From Bellilinea caldifistulae (GTDB lineage: Bacteria; Chloroflexota; Anaerolineae; Anaerolineales; Anaerolineaceae): a DNA stretch of 32,000 nt. Location of the stretch: the NCBI RefSeq assembly GCF_001306055.1, contig NZ_LGHJ01000010.1, positions 30,001 through 62,000 on the forward strand, in the 5' to 3' direction. Shown piece by piece: positions 19,519-27,724 of this stretch; position 1 is the first letter of the stretch, and the number at the start of each line of letters is the position of its first letter. Below the pieces are notes generated by a model. The model was given only the letters and a program-made list of their open reading frames with translations. It had not been told where the DNA came from and ran no database searches. A program made the translations under genes and the position numbers.

Positions 19519-20431
19519 TCACCCAAAGCGGTTGGTGAAGCCGTTCGGCACTTTCCAGCAGATCCTTAAGTTTTTCAGGCGGTACGGCCATCAGCAAACC
19601 GCCGGAAGTTTGCGGGTCGAACAACAGCATTTGACTGACCTCATCCAGCGCCGGGGAGAAGCGCACCCACTCGCTGAAATAGAGGCGGTTATCGGCTGCT
19701 CCACCGGGGAAGGTCCATTTTTCGCCATACTTGCGCGCACAGGAAACGAACGGAATCTCCTCAAAATGAAGACGTAATCCGCAGCCGCTGGTGCGTGCCA
19801 TTTCCAGGCCATGCCCCAACAGGCTGAAACCGGTAATATCGGTTGCGGCGCGCAGGCCATACTCGTGCGCCAGTTGAGCTGCGCCGGAATTCAGTCTCTT
19901 CATCCAGTTAACCACTTCCTCTACATCTTCCGCTTCCGCAATCTGCCGTTTGAGGGCGGTGGTGGTCACCCCAAAACCGAGTGGTTTGGTTAACACCAAC
20001 CTGTCGCCCGGTTGAACGGCGCCTTTGGTGAGCAGATGGGCGTGGTCAACCCAACCCAAAACAGCCAGTCCGTACTTCGGTTCTTTATCCTGAATGGTAT
20101 GGCCGCCGGCAATCACCACGCCGGCCTCGCGAGCCTTTTCCGCCCCGCCGCGGATGATTTCACTGGAAATTTCTGCCGGCAAGTCGGGCGGTAGAGCGGC
20201 GATGTTGAGGGCAAGGAAGGGTGTACCTCCCATGGCATAGATATCCGAAAGCGAATTGGCGGCGGCAATCGCCCCGTAATCATAGGGGTCATCTACGACC
20301 GGTGTGAAGAAATCGGTGGTCAGCACCAGACTGCGCTGATCATCAACCCGCCAAACCGCCGCATCATCGGGTGAATCTAAACCCACCAGCAGATTGGGAA
20401 AATCCGCCGGCTGAAAAATATCCTGAACCGG

Positions 20432-20473
20432 GCGCAGAACCTGCGCCAGCGCCTCAGCGCGCAGTTTCGACGC
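20432..20473 (-). promoter_or_regulatory. candidate bacterial SECIS stem-loop immediately 3' of the selD UGA
   Basis: On the minus strand the UGA is followed by GCGUCGAAA CUGCGC GCUGAGGCGCUG GCGCAG GUU CUGCGC. GCGCAG-GUU-CUGCGC (20432-20446) is a perfect 6-bp hairpin with a G/U-containing apex, 27 nt after the UGA. An alternative CUGCGC...GCGCAG pairing starts 9 nt after the UGA. Confidence 0.5.
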
Positions 20474-20572
20474 TCAACCAGCGCAGGAAGACAGGCTCGT
20501 CAGACGGATTTGTTTGCCAGAAGGCGGATTAGCGGGTTGCGAGGTCATCTGAGTATGATGGTTTCTCCTCTC

Positions 20573-21643
20573 TCAGGGAGTTGGGGTTGGTTCAATCCCT
20601 TGTGGGGTAGGGGTTGGAGTTGCCCCGGGGTTATTCAATTCCGGCAAGGGGAAAAGGAAGGGAGCGTTGCTGGGCAGCAGTAACGCCTGAATGTTGGGTG
20701 AAAGTTTGGTGATGTACTGATAGGTGAGTAACTCCGGCTTGTCCTTGAGGGCTTCGGAGATTACTTGCAAGGCTTTGGCTTCGGCTTCGGCCTCAATCAG
20801 ACGGGCTTCGGCTTCGCCTTTGGCCTGAATGACAGCCGCATCGGCACGGCCTTGCGCTACCTGCCGGGCTTGCTCGGCTTCCTGCCGTTTTTGTTCCACC
20901 ACAAAACGGGCCTGCTGAGCTTGCTGTTCGGCAATCTGTTTTTGTTCAATTGAGGCGGCATATTCTGGCGAGAAGGTAATGTTGCGCAGCACGAAATCCA
21001 CCAATCTTAAGCCGTTTTCGGAAAGTTTGATGGAAAGGGCATCGAATACCTGCTGGGTCATTTCACCGCGTTTGGTGCTGTACACTTCTTCAACGCCGTA
21101 CTGGGAGACTGCATCACGGATAATGCCGCGGCTCAATGCGCGTACCAGTTCGCTAGCGTAACGGTCCTGCCAGCGGATGTGTACTTCGACGACCTTGGCA
21201 GGGTCAATTTCAAAGATGACCGAGGCATCAATAAAGACTTCCTGACCGTCGGCGGTGCGGGCGGTGATGGAGTCATCGCCGTAGATTTGGCCTTCCTGCG
21301 CAGCGATGGACATGGTGTAGGTCTGGCGGGAGATGGGATAACGCACGACCCTTTCGGCAAAGGGAATGATCCAGCGCAGACCGGGTTCAAGGGCTTGTTC
21401 GCGATAGCCTGTGGGGGAAAGCGCGGAGATAACCACCCCGCGCTCCTGCGGCTCGATGAACACCAGGCCGGCCGAAACGACAGTGAGAAGAACGGCTAAA
21501 ACCAGCACACTGATTAATGTTACCGAGGCGTTCTTGATCGGCCGATTGCGGCTGGCGCGCACCAGTACCAATACCAGCACACCAAAGAACAACAACCACG
21601 CAAGTGTGGCAAATCCCTGAAATAAATTGGCGATATTCATCAT
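20573..21643 (-). CDS. SPFH/band-7 (prohibitin/HflC-like) membrane protein (356 aa)
   Basis: The start is set at the ATGATG at 21643, with GGAGACC directly upstream. An N-terminal TM helix is followed by a PHB domain, then a coiled-coil rich in A/E/Q, then a short PT-rich tail. The longer ORF-track version runs into the divergent Memo-like gene. Confidence 0.88.
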   Translation of the reverse strand: MMNIANLFQGFATLAWLLFFGVLVLVLVRASRNRPIKNASVTLISVLVLAVLLTVVSAGLVFIEPQERGVVISALSPTGYREQALEPGLRWIIPFAERVVRYPISRQTYTMSIAAQEGQIYGDDSITARTADGQEVFIDASVIFEIDPAKVVEVHIRWQDRYASELVRALSRGIIRDAVSQYGVEEVYSTKRGEMTQQVFDALSIKLSENGLRLVDFVLRNITFSPEYAASIEQKQIAEQQAQQARFVVEQKRQEAEQARQVAQGRADAAVIQAKGEAEARLIEAEAEAKALQVISEALKDKPELLTYQYITKLSPNIQALLLPSNAPFLFPLPELNNPGATPTPTPQGIEPTPTP

Positions 21644-21673
21644 GGTCTCCTTGAAATATGTCAAACCATTTGT

Positions 21674-21679
21674 ATTATA
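21674..21679 (-). promoter_or_regulatory. -10 box TATAAT (minus strand) for the SPFH-selD-ggt cluster
   Basis: The forward attata at 21674-21679 is about 30 nt upstream of the ATG at 21643. There is no convincing -35. Confidence 0.4.
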
Positions 21680-21728
21680 CTCAATAGCAATTTGCTGGCG
21701 GGGGGAATTTTTTAATCGGCGGGTTGGT

Positions 21729-21736
21729 TGTATAAT
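21729..21736 (+). promoter_or_regulatory. -10 box TATAAT (preceded by TG) for the Memo-like/priA operon
   Basis: tgtataat at 21729-21736 is followed by GGAAAGGAG (21746-21754) and then the ATG at 21763. Confidence 0.45.
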
Positions 21737-21762
21737 GAGATTCAGGGAAAGGAGTGATCGGA

Positions 21763-22608
21763 ATGGGGAAGATTTCTGCGATACGACCTTCACCGATTGC
21801 CGGCTTGTGGTACAGTGCTGATCCACAACAACTGGCGCAGCAAATTGACCAGTATCTTGCAGAGGCTCAAATTCCGCCGTTGCAAGGTAAAGTTGTTGCG
21901 TTAGTTGCCCCCCACGCCGGCCATCGCTATTCCGGGCGTACCGCCGCACACGCCTATAAGACCGTACTCGGTCGGGCATTTGATCTCGTGGCGATTGTGT
22001 CGCCCCTGCACGCTTATTATCCGGCACCCGTGCTGACCAGCGCCCATGCCAGTTACTACACGCCGCTGGGAGAAGTGCCGATTGACCAGGAGTCAACCGA
22101 TCAACTGGCAGAACTATTAGCGGAAGAAACCATCGGTCTGACGCCGATTGCTAACGATGATGAACACTCGCTGGAAATCCAGCTCCCGTTTCTGCAGCGA
22201 GCGTTGAGTCAGCCTTTCAACCTTTTACCGGTGATGGTGCGCCGCAAGGACTGGCGGATGGCGCAAATTCTGGGAACTGCGCTTGCCAGGGTGTTGAAGC
22301 ACCGTAATGCGCTGCTGATCGCCAGTACTGATCTTTCCCATTTTTACCCCTTACCGGTTGCCAATCAATTTGACACAGAGATGTTGAGCCTGATTGAGGC
22401 GTTTTCACCGCAGGGTGTACTGCAGGCAGAAGAAGCGGGTACTGGTTTTGCCTGTGGCGCCGGTGCTGTTGCGGCAGTACTGGTTGCGGCGCGTGAATTG
22501 GGCGGGAACAAGGTGAAAATACTCCATTACAGCACCTCCGCCGATGAAACAATGGATCCTTCCTCCGTGGTTGGCTACGGCGCGGCAGTTGTGCTGAAAC
22601 GGGATTAG
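21763..22608 (+). CDS. Memo-like protein (AmmeMemoRadiSam system protein B family)
   Basis: ATG at 21763, 9 nt after GGAG (a GTG at 21754 is also possible). The sequence shows RPSPIAGLWYSADPQQL, VAPHAGHRYSG, DLSHFY and GFACGAGAV, typical of the MEMO1 / extradiol-dioxygenase class III-like family. Confidence 0.85.
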   Translation: MGKISAIRPSPIAGLWYSADPQQLAQQIDQYLAEAQIPPLQGKVVALVAPHAGHRYSGRTAAHAYKTVLGRAFDLVAIVSPLHAYYPAPVLTSAHASYYTPLGEVPIDQESTDQLAELLAEETIGLTPIANDDEHSLEIQLPFLQRALSQPFNLLPVMVRRKDWRMAQILGTALARVLKHRNALLIASTDLSHFYPLPVANQFDTEMLSLIEAFSPQGVLQAEEAGTGFACGAGAVAAVLVAARELGGNKVKILHYSTSADETMDPSSVVGYGAAVVLKRD

Positions 22609-22611
22609 AGA

Positions 22612-25131
22612 TTGACGCAATTTGTTGAAGTAGCCGCACTGATTCCGGGGCGTTTGAATCCGCTGGACTATCACCTGCCGGCTGTTTTGGAGGGAAAAGT
22701 TCAGGCAGGTAGCCTTGTGGTGGTGCCGTTGGGCGGACAACGGGTGCAGGGGGTAGTTCTGCGCTGCCTGAATCAGTCCAGCGTTCCCGAAACACGGCCG
22801 GTAGAATCACTGGTGGATGATTCGCCGGTGCTGACAGGTGCGCAAATCGAACTGGCGCGTTGGTTAAGCCATGAGACCCTTTCACCGCTGGGGGTTTGTC
22901 TGGATTTAATGCTCCCACCCGGACTGGCTCAAACTGCGGATGTACTGGTGCGCCTGAATCCGGCCCGTTCCGCCGAGCAGGAGCGATTAAGCCCATTGCA
23001 AAAGCGGTTGGTTCAATTGTTGAGTGAACGCGGTGAGCTGCGTGGCCGGCAAATCGAGGCAGCTTTTCGCCGGGTCAACTGGAAGCCCGCTTTGCAGGGC
23101 TTGATCCGGCGCGGTTGGGTGGTGAGCCAGCCTTATCTGGCGCAGACGGGTGTGCGCCCGCGCATCGAACGCATGGCACGGCTGGCGATCGCGGTCGAAG
23201 AAATTGCGCAGGCGGAAGAATTGCTGGGGAGGGCCGGCAGCCCGGCGCGTGAGCGGCGCAAGAAGGCGCTCCAATTTCTGGCCAATGAACAGCAGCCGGT
23301 GGCTGTTCACTGGATTACAGCAGCCAGCGGTGCATCCCTGGAGGATTTGAAAAAACTGGAGACGCTGGGGCTGATTGCGTTCCAGTCCGTCCAAACCTGG
23401 CGCGATCCGCTGGCAGAATTGAACATTGAAGCGTTACCGCCACCACTGTTGACGAATGATCAGCAGCGGGTTCTGCAAACCATCCTGTCTGATCTGAGCA
23501 GCCCAAACAACTCAAACCGAAAACCGATCCTCCTCCACGGTATTACCGGTTCGGGCAAGACCGAAATTTACTTGCAGACGGTGCAGCACATTCTTGAACA
23601 GGGCAAGCAGGCGATTGTGCTGGTGCCGGAAATTGCCCTGACACCACAAACCATTCAGCGCTTCCAGGGCCGTTTCCCCGGTCGGGTTGGGGTGATTCAT
23701 TCGCGGCTTTCGGCGGGGGAACGATACGACACTTGGCAGCGGGCAAGGGCGGGTTTGCTGCGGGTCATTGTTGGGCCGCGCAGCGCTTTATTTGCTCCTT
23801 TGCCAAATATCGGGTTGCTGGTTGTGGACGAGTTTCACGATCCTTCATATTACCAGTCCGAGCCGACACCGGTGTATCACGCTGTTCGAGCAGCCATTCG
23901 GTATGCCGAAATCCTCGGCGCGGGTGTCATCCTGGGATCGGCAACACCGGAGATCGGTTTGATGTACCAAGCCCGGCGGGCTGGCTGGCGGGTTTTAGAG
24001 ATGCCGCAGCGCATCATGGCCCATCGTCAGGCGGTTCAACCGTTCATGACCGGCGGTCATTCTTCGCTGTTGCCTGTGGAAGGAGAGGGTGAGACGGCTT
24101 TCCTGCCACTTCCACCGGTTGAAGTGGTGGATATGCGGCAGGAATTAAAGGCCGGTAATCGTTCGATGTTCTCACGCGCCTTACAACGAGCCCTGGGCGA
24201 GGTACTGGAACGCAATCAGCAGGCTATCCTGTACCTTAACCGTCTGGGGAGCGCAACCTATGTCTTTTGCAGGGATTGCGGCGCTTCGGTGCGTTGTCCA
24301 CGCTGTGATCGTTCACTGACTTACCATGAATCGAGTCATTTGCTGATTTGCCACACCTGCAATTACCGGCGGCAGATGCCGCGTACCTGTCCTCAATGCG
24401 GCAGTTCCCACATCCGTCAGTTTGGTGCCGGCACGGAAAAGGTGGAGCAGGAAGTTCATCAGCACTTTCCGCAGGCAAAGGTGCTTCGTTGGGATTCGCA
24501 AACCACCCGTAGGAAAGGCGCTCATGAAGCGATTCTGGAAACCTTTGCAGAGGGAAAAGCCAACATTCTGGTTGGAACTCAAATTCTGGCAAAAGGGCTG
24601 GATTTACCACGGGTCACTCTGGTAGGAGCGGTGCTGGCAGATGCCGGTCTGAATCTGGACGATTTTCGTGCGGCCGAGAGAACTTTTCAACTGCTCATGC
24701 AGGTTGCCGGGCGGGCGGGGCGCAGTCCACTGGGCGGCCGGGTGATCCTTCAGACCTTTCAGCCGGAGCATTATGCCATTCAGGCGGCTTCGCGCCATGA
24801 TTATGCCGGTTTTTACCAATATGAGATTGAACAACGCCGAAAAATGGGTTACCCACCCTTTGCCCGTCTGGTGCGTATGGAATACCGTCACTCGAATGCC
24901 AAAGTAGCCGAAACCACCGCTCAAGAAATGGCTCAACGGGTAGCGGACTGGATTATGCTCAGTTCTTACCCGCAAACCGAAATTATCGGACCTGTGCCGT
25001 GCTTCTTTGCCAAAGAAGGCGGGCAATACCGCTGGCAGATCATCCTGCGTGGGATGGATCCTGCCAGTGTTTTGCGTGGAAAGGATTGGGGCGACTGGCG
25101 GGTTGAAGTGGACCCGTATTCCTTGCTGTAA
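22612..25131 (+). CDS. priA: primosomal protein N' (replication restart helicase PriA)
   Basis: TTG start 3 nt after the Memo-like stop codon. It has Walker A GITGSGKTE, DEFHD, and the Cys-rich zinc-binding insertion (CRDCGASVRCPRCDRSLTYH...CHTCNYRRQMPRTCPQCGS). It also has helicase motif VI, QVAGRAGR. Confidence 0.95.
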   Translation: MTQFVEVAALIPGRLNPLDYHLPAVLEGKVQAGSLVVVPLGGQRVQGVVLRCLNQSSVPETRPVESLVDDSPVLTGAQIELARWLSHETLSPLGVCLDLMLPPGLAQTADVLVRLNPARSAEQERLSPLQKRLVQLLSERGELRGRQIEAAFRRVNWKPALQGLIRRGWVVSQPYLAQTGVRPRIERMARLAIAVEEIAQAEELLGRAGSPARERRKKALQFLANEQQPVAVHWITAASGASLEDLKKLETLGLIAFQSVQTWRDPLAELNIEALPPPLLTNDQQRVLQTILSDLSSPNNSNRKPILLHGITGSGKTEIYLQTVQHILEQGKQAIVLVPEIALTPQTIQRFQGRFPGRVGVIHSRLSAGERYDTWQRARAGLLRVIVGPRSALFAPLPNIGLLVVDEFHDPSYYQSEPTPVYHAVRAAIRYAEILGAGVILGSATPEIGLMYQARRAGWRVLEMPQRIMAHRQAVQPFMTGGHSSLLPVEGEGETAFLPLPPVEVVDMRQELKAGNRSMFSRALQRALGEVLERNQQAILYLNRLGSATYVFCRDCGASVRCPRCDRSLTYHESSHLLICHTCNYRRQMPRTCPQCGSSHIRQFGAGTEKVEQEVHQHFPQAKVLRWDSQTTRRKGAHEAILETFAEGKANILVGTQILAKGLDLPRVTLVGAVLADAGLNLDDFRAAERTFQLLMQVAGRAGRSPLGGRVILQTFQPEHYAIQAASRHDYAGFYQYEIEQRRKMGYPPFARLVRMEYRHSNAKVAETTAQEMAQRVADWIMLSSYPQTEIIGPVPCFFAKEGGQYRWQIILRGMDPASVLRGKDWGDWRVEVDPYSLL

Positions 25132-25134
25132 GCG

Positions 25135-26232
25135 CTACGGCAGGACGTACCACGGATTGACAAATCCACCCAGATAGCGCACCTCGAAGTGCAGATGCGG
25201 GCCGGTTGAGCGTCCGGTGCTGCCAGCCTGACCGATCACCTGGCCTTGCGAAACACTTGCGCCACAGCGAACGTTCCACGCGGAAAGATGAGCGTAAAGG
25301 GTCTGGTAGCCGTTTCCGTGGTCAATCATGACCATGTTGCCATAGCCGCCACCAACCGGGCCGGCGTAGACCACCACACCGCTATCGGCAGCGTAGATCG
25401 GGTCACCGGTGTAGGCGGCAATGTCAATTGCCAGATGCCCGGGCCAATAATCATTACCGGAAAGCACCCGGTTGCGAGTTGGCCAGACAAAGGTGCCGGT
25501 GCCAAATGCGCCGCCGGCGCTGGTGTCGCAAGCACCTGGGCCGTAGATGGATTTATTCACACCCGCCGGGCCGCGCGGGATGGTCGGCACAACCCATGTG
25601 CGAAATTCCCGTGAACCACCCGGAATCATAATGAAGGTACCGGGTTCAATAACGGGGTTGGCTAAATCTAACTTATTGCCGGGATAGAGCAGAATTTCCT
25701 GGGGATCTGCCTTGAAAGTGGCAGCGACTTTCTCAATGGTATCACCCTCTTTCCACTTATACAGCACACCATCGGTTGGCGGAATGAGTAATTCCTGGCC
25801 AATCGAGATCATGTGTGGGTCATCGTTGAGGATATCGTAATTTGCCCACAACACCGTTTCGGGCTTCAGGTTGAACGACTGGGCAATCCCAAATACCGAG
25901 TCGCCGGCCTGAACGCGGTAAACGATTTCCTGTTCGCGCGGGCGGGTGGGGAGGATGGTACGCAGGTTTGCCCGCCGATGCAAAGTGACGGGCTGAGATT
26001 CTGGTTGAAATACAGGCAGACTGACCTGCTGGGGGACAGCGGGCAATTCCAGTGGAGCGTTGGCAACCGCAACGCCAGCACTGCTGCGGCGGTCAAACAA
26101 GCGCTGGTAAGCCATGAAAACGGCAAAACCGACCATGACCACCGCTAAGAACCAGAGAAGGATTGAGGTAAATCCAGATCCAGCAGCGGAGGATGCCCCG
26201 CCGGCTGGGGTTTCTGGTTGGGTTCGATTCAC
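25135..26232 (-). CDS. membrane-anchored LysM-LysM-M23 peptidoglycan endopeptidase (365 aa from the GTG at 26232)
   Basis: An N-terminal TM helix (ILLWFLAVVMVGFAVFMAY) is followed by two LysM repeats (YRVQAGDSVFGIAQ..., YKWKEGDTIEKVAA...). The M23 motifs are present (HLAIDI, GNMVMIDHGNGY, GPHLHFEV). I preferred the GTG at 26232, which overlaps the rho stop as GTGA, over the GTG at 26382, which would overlap rho by 154 nt. Confidence 0.85.
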   Translation of the reverse strand: MNRTQPETPAGGASSAAGSGFTSILLWFLAVVMVGFAVFMAYQRLFDRRSSAGVAVANAPLELPAVPQQVSLPVFQPESQPVTLHRRANLRTILPTRPREQEIVYRVQAGDSVFGIAQSFNLKPETVLWANYDILNDDPHMISIGQELLIPPTDGVLYKWKEGDTIEKVAATFKADPQEILLYPGNKLDLANPVIEPGTFIMIPGGSREFRTWVVPTIPRGPAGVNKSIYGPGACDTSAGGAFGTGTFVWPTRNRVLSGNDYWPGHLAIDIAAYTGDPIYAADSGVVVYAGPVGGGYGNMVMIDHGNGYQTLYAHLSAWNVRCGASVSQGQVIGQAGSTGRSTGPHLHFEVRYLGGFVNPWYVLP

Positions 26233-27503
26233 ATATCCTCCGTCAGGCTTTCGAGGAACTCCGCATTGTTCTTGGTTCTTGCCATGCGCTGCAGAATCGC
26301 TTCGGTGGCGACTGCAGGGTCCATGCCCGCTCCCTGCGGGGGCGGAGAGATCATCTGCAGGTACATCCGCCGCATCAGCCACACTCGCTGCAGGATATCC
26401 GGGCCGAGCAGCAATTCCTCCCGGCGGGTTGAGGAGCGTTCGATGTCAATAGCCGGGTAAACTCGGCGTTCCTGCAGACGGCGTGAAAGATGGAGTTCCA
26501 TGTTGCCGGTACCTTTAAATTCCTCATACACAACATCATCCAGGCGTGAGCCGGTATCCACCAGAGCGGTGGCAATGATGGTCAACGAACCGCCTTCTTC
26601 CAGATTGCGGGCCGCGCCAAAGAAGCGCTTGGGTGGGTACAAGGCCGATGGGTCCATACCGCCTGATAAGGTCCTCCCGGAGGGATTTACCACGAGATTA
26701 TAAGCTCGTGCCAACCGGGTTAATGAGTCCATCAATATTACCACATCTCGTCCGATTTCTACCAATCTTTTAGCGCGTTCCAGCGTGATTTCGGCAGCGC
26801 GGATATGAGCGGTGACCGGTTCATCAAAGGTGGAAGCCACCACTTCGGCATCCACCGAACGATCCATATCGGTCACTTCTTCCGGGCGTTCGCCGATCAA
26901 GGCAATAATCAAATGCACATCCGGGTTCTTAACCGAAATGGCGTTAGCGATTTGCTTGAGAATGGTTGTCTTACCGGCCTTTGGGGGGGATACGATCATC
27001 CCGCGTTGTCCTCGTCCAATGGGTGCAATCAGGTTGATCAGGCGGGTGGAGAGGATGTTTCGGTCGGTTTCCAAATCAAAGCGTTTGTCGGGAAAAATCG
27101 GGGTCAGGCGTTCAAAAACCCGCCGATCGCGGGCTTCTTCCGGCGTCATGCCGTTGATTGTTTCAACTTTCAACAGGCCATAATGACGCTCGCCTTCGCG
27201 GGGCGGCCGCACGACACCGATCACCAGGTCGCCGCTGCGCAGTTCATAGCGGCGTAATTGAGCCTGAGAGACATACACATCCTCCGGCCCAATTTGATAA
27301 TTGGCGCGTAAAAAACCGATGCCTTCCTGTAAAATTTCCAGCACACCGCCGCGCACTTCCAGGCCTTCTTTTTCGGCTTGCATCTGGCGGATGCGCAGAA
27401 TCAGGTTTTCTTTTTTCAGACGCGAGGCATTCGGTACTTCCAACTCTCTGGCAATTTCGCGCAGAGTCGCCAGAGGGGCTTTTTCGAGTTCGAGAATTTC
27501 CAT
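26229..27503 (-). CDS. rho: transcription termination factor Rho (424 aa)
   Basis: Start set at the ATG at 27503, giving [21 protein letters not shown] (Rho N-terminal domain). It has a CSD-like RNA-binding domain (GFLRANY...DVYVS), Walker A PPKAGKTT, and the Q- and R-loops. There is no N-terminal insertion. Confidence 0.96.
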   Translation of the reverse strand: MEILELEKAPLATLREIARELEVPNASRLKKENLILRIRQMQAEKEGLEVRGGVLEILQEGIGFLRANYQIGPEDVYVSQAQLRRYELRSGDLVIGVVRPPREGERHYGLLKVETINGMTPEEARDRRVFERLTPIFPDKRFDLETDRNILSTRLINLIAPIGRGQRGMIVSPPKAGKTTILKQIANAISVKNPDVHLIIALIGERPEEVTDMDRSVDAEVVASTFDEPVTAHIRAAEITLERAKRLVEIGRDVVILMDSLTRLARAYNLVVNPSGRTLSGGMDPSALYPPKRFFGAARNLEEGGSLTIIATALVDTGSRLDDVVYEEFKGTGNMELHLSRRLQERRVYPAIDIERSSTRREELLLGPDILQRVWLMRRMYLQMISPPPQGAGMDPAVATEAILQRMARTKNNAEFLESLTEDM

Positions 27504-27661
27504 GTATTCTCTTCCGTGGTCGTTTGGGATGGGGTCAAGCCAGACCAACAGGAGCGCTGTCCTGATTTCAAAGTTGGGGAAAAATTTTTTGAAAAAAAGG
27601 GAAGAAAATCTTTCCGGCGAATTGAACGAAAACCCACAAGCCCTGTATCTGGCTTGCACAA
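27504..27661 (-). promoter_or_regulatory. structured rho 5' leader (candidate attenuator / autoregulatory region)
   Basis: Reading the minus strand, a 5' hairpin CAAGCC-N8-GGCUUG (27637-27656) is followed by UGGGUUUUCG. A weak hairpin follows, ending in a run of seven U (27591-27615). A distal UCUGGCUUG (27536-27544) is complementary to the 5' CAAGCCAGA. A C-rich, G-poor tract GACCCCAUCCCAAACGACCAC lies at 27516-27536. Confidence 0.4.
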
Positions 27662-27690
27662 ATTATAACATTCCCTAATACACGATGCAA
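27662..27690 (-). promoter_or_regulatory. rho promoter: TTGCAT-17 nt-TATAAT with TG extension (TGTTATAAT)
   Basis: The forward attataaca at 27662-27670 and atgcaa at 27685-27690 are separated by exactly 17 nt. This predicts a roughly 150-nt leader. Confidence 0.55.
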
Positions 27691-27724
27691 GCCATCCATT
27701 ATCACTGGATCAGACAACTTCCTC

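Noticed and set aside
20387-20572. An apparent 186-nt non-coding gap upstream of a 5'-truncated selD, which could be read as a pseudogene or a small RNA locus.
   Set aside because: The gap is the N-terminal coding region of selD, read through a single UGA at the known Sec/Cys catalytic position. Only 24 nt (20549-20572) are truly intergenic.
21644-22096. A 151-codon N-terminal extension of the SPFH ORF. Analogous extensions occur at 202-402, 12115-12195, 14763-14948 and 27504-27659.
   Set aside because: The extensions overlap neighbouring genes or promoters, contain no domain, and precede internal starts that have a good SD and canonical family N-termini or signal peptides.
22217-22996. A 259-aa minus-strand ORF spanning the Memo-like/priA junction.
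   Set aside because: It is antisense to two well-supported genes. It is Pro/Arg-rich and low in complexity, and has no start context. This is a typical shadow ORF.
26221-26232. GGTTCGATTC, which resembles a tRNA T-arm/T-loop.
   Set aside because: The flanking bases cannot form the T-stem (TTGGG versus CACAT). No acceptor, D or anticodon arms are evident upstream. The site lies at the rho/M23 coding junction.
26233-26382. The longer start for the M23 peptidase, which would overlap rho by 154 nt.
   Set aside because: The extra 50 residues are low-complexity and would be encoded in an alternative frame of the conserved rho C-terminus. The in-frame GTG at 26232 overlapping the rho stop is a more economical start. 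This remains unproven.
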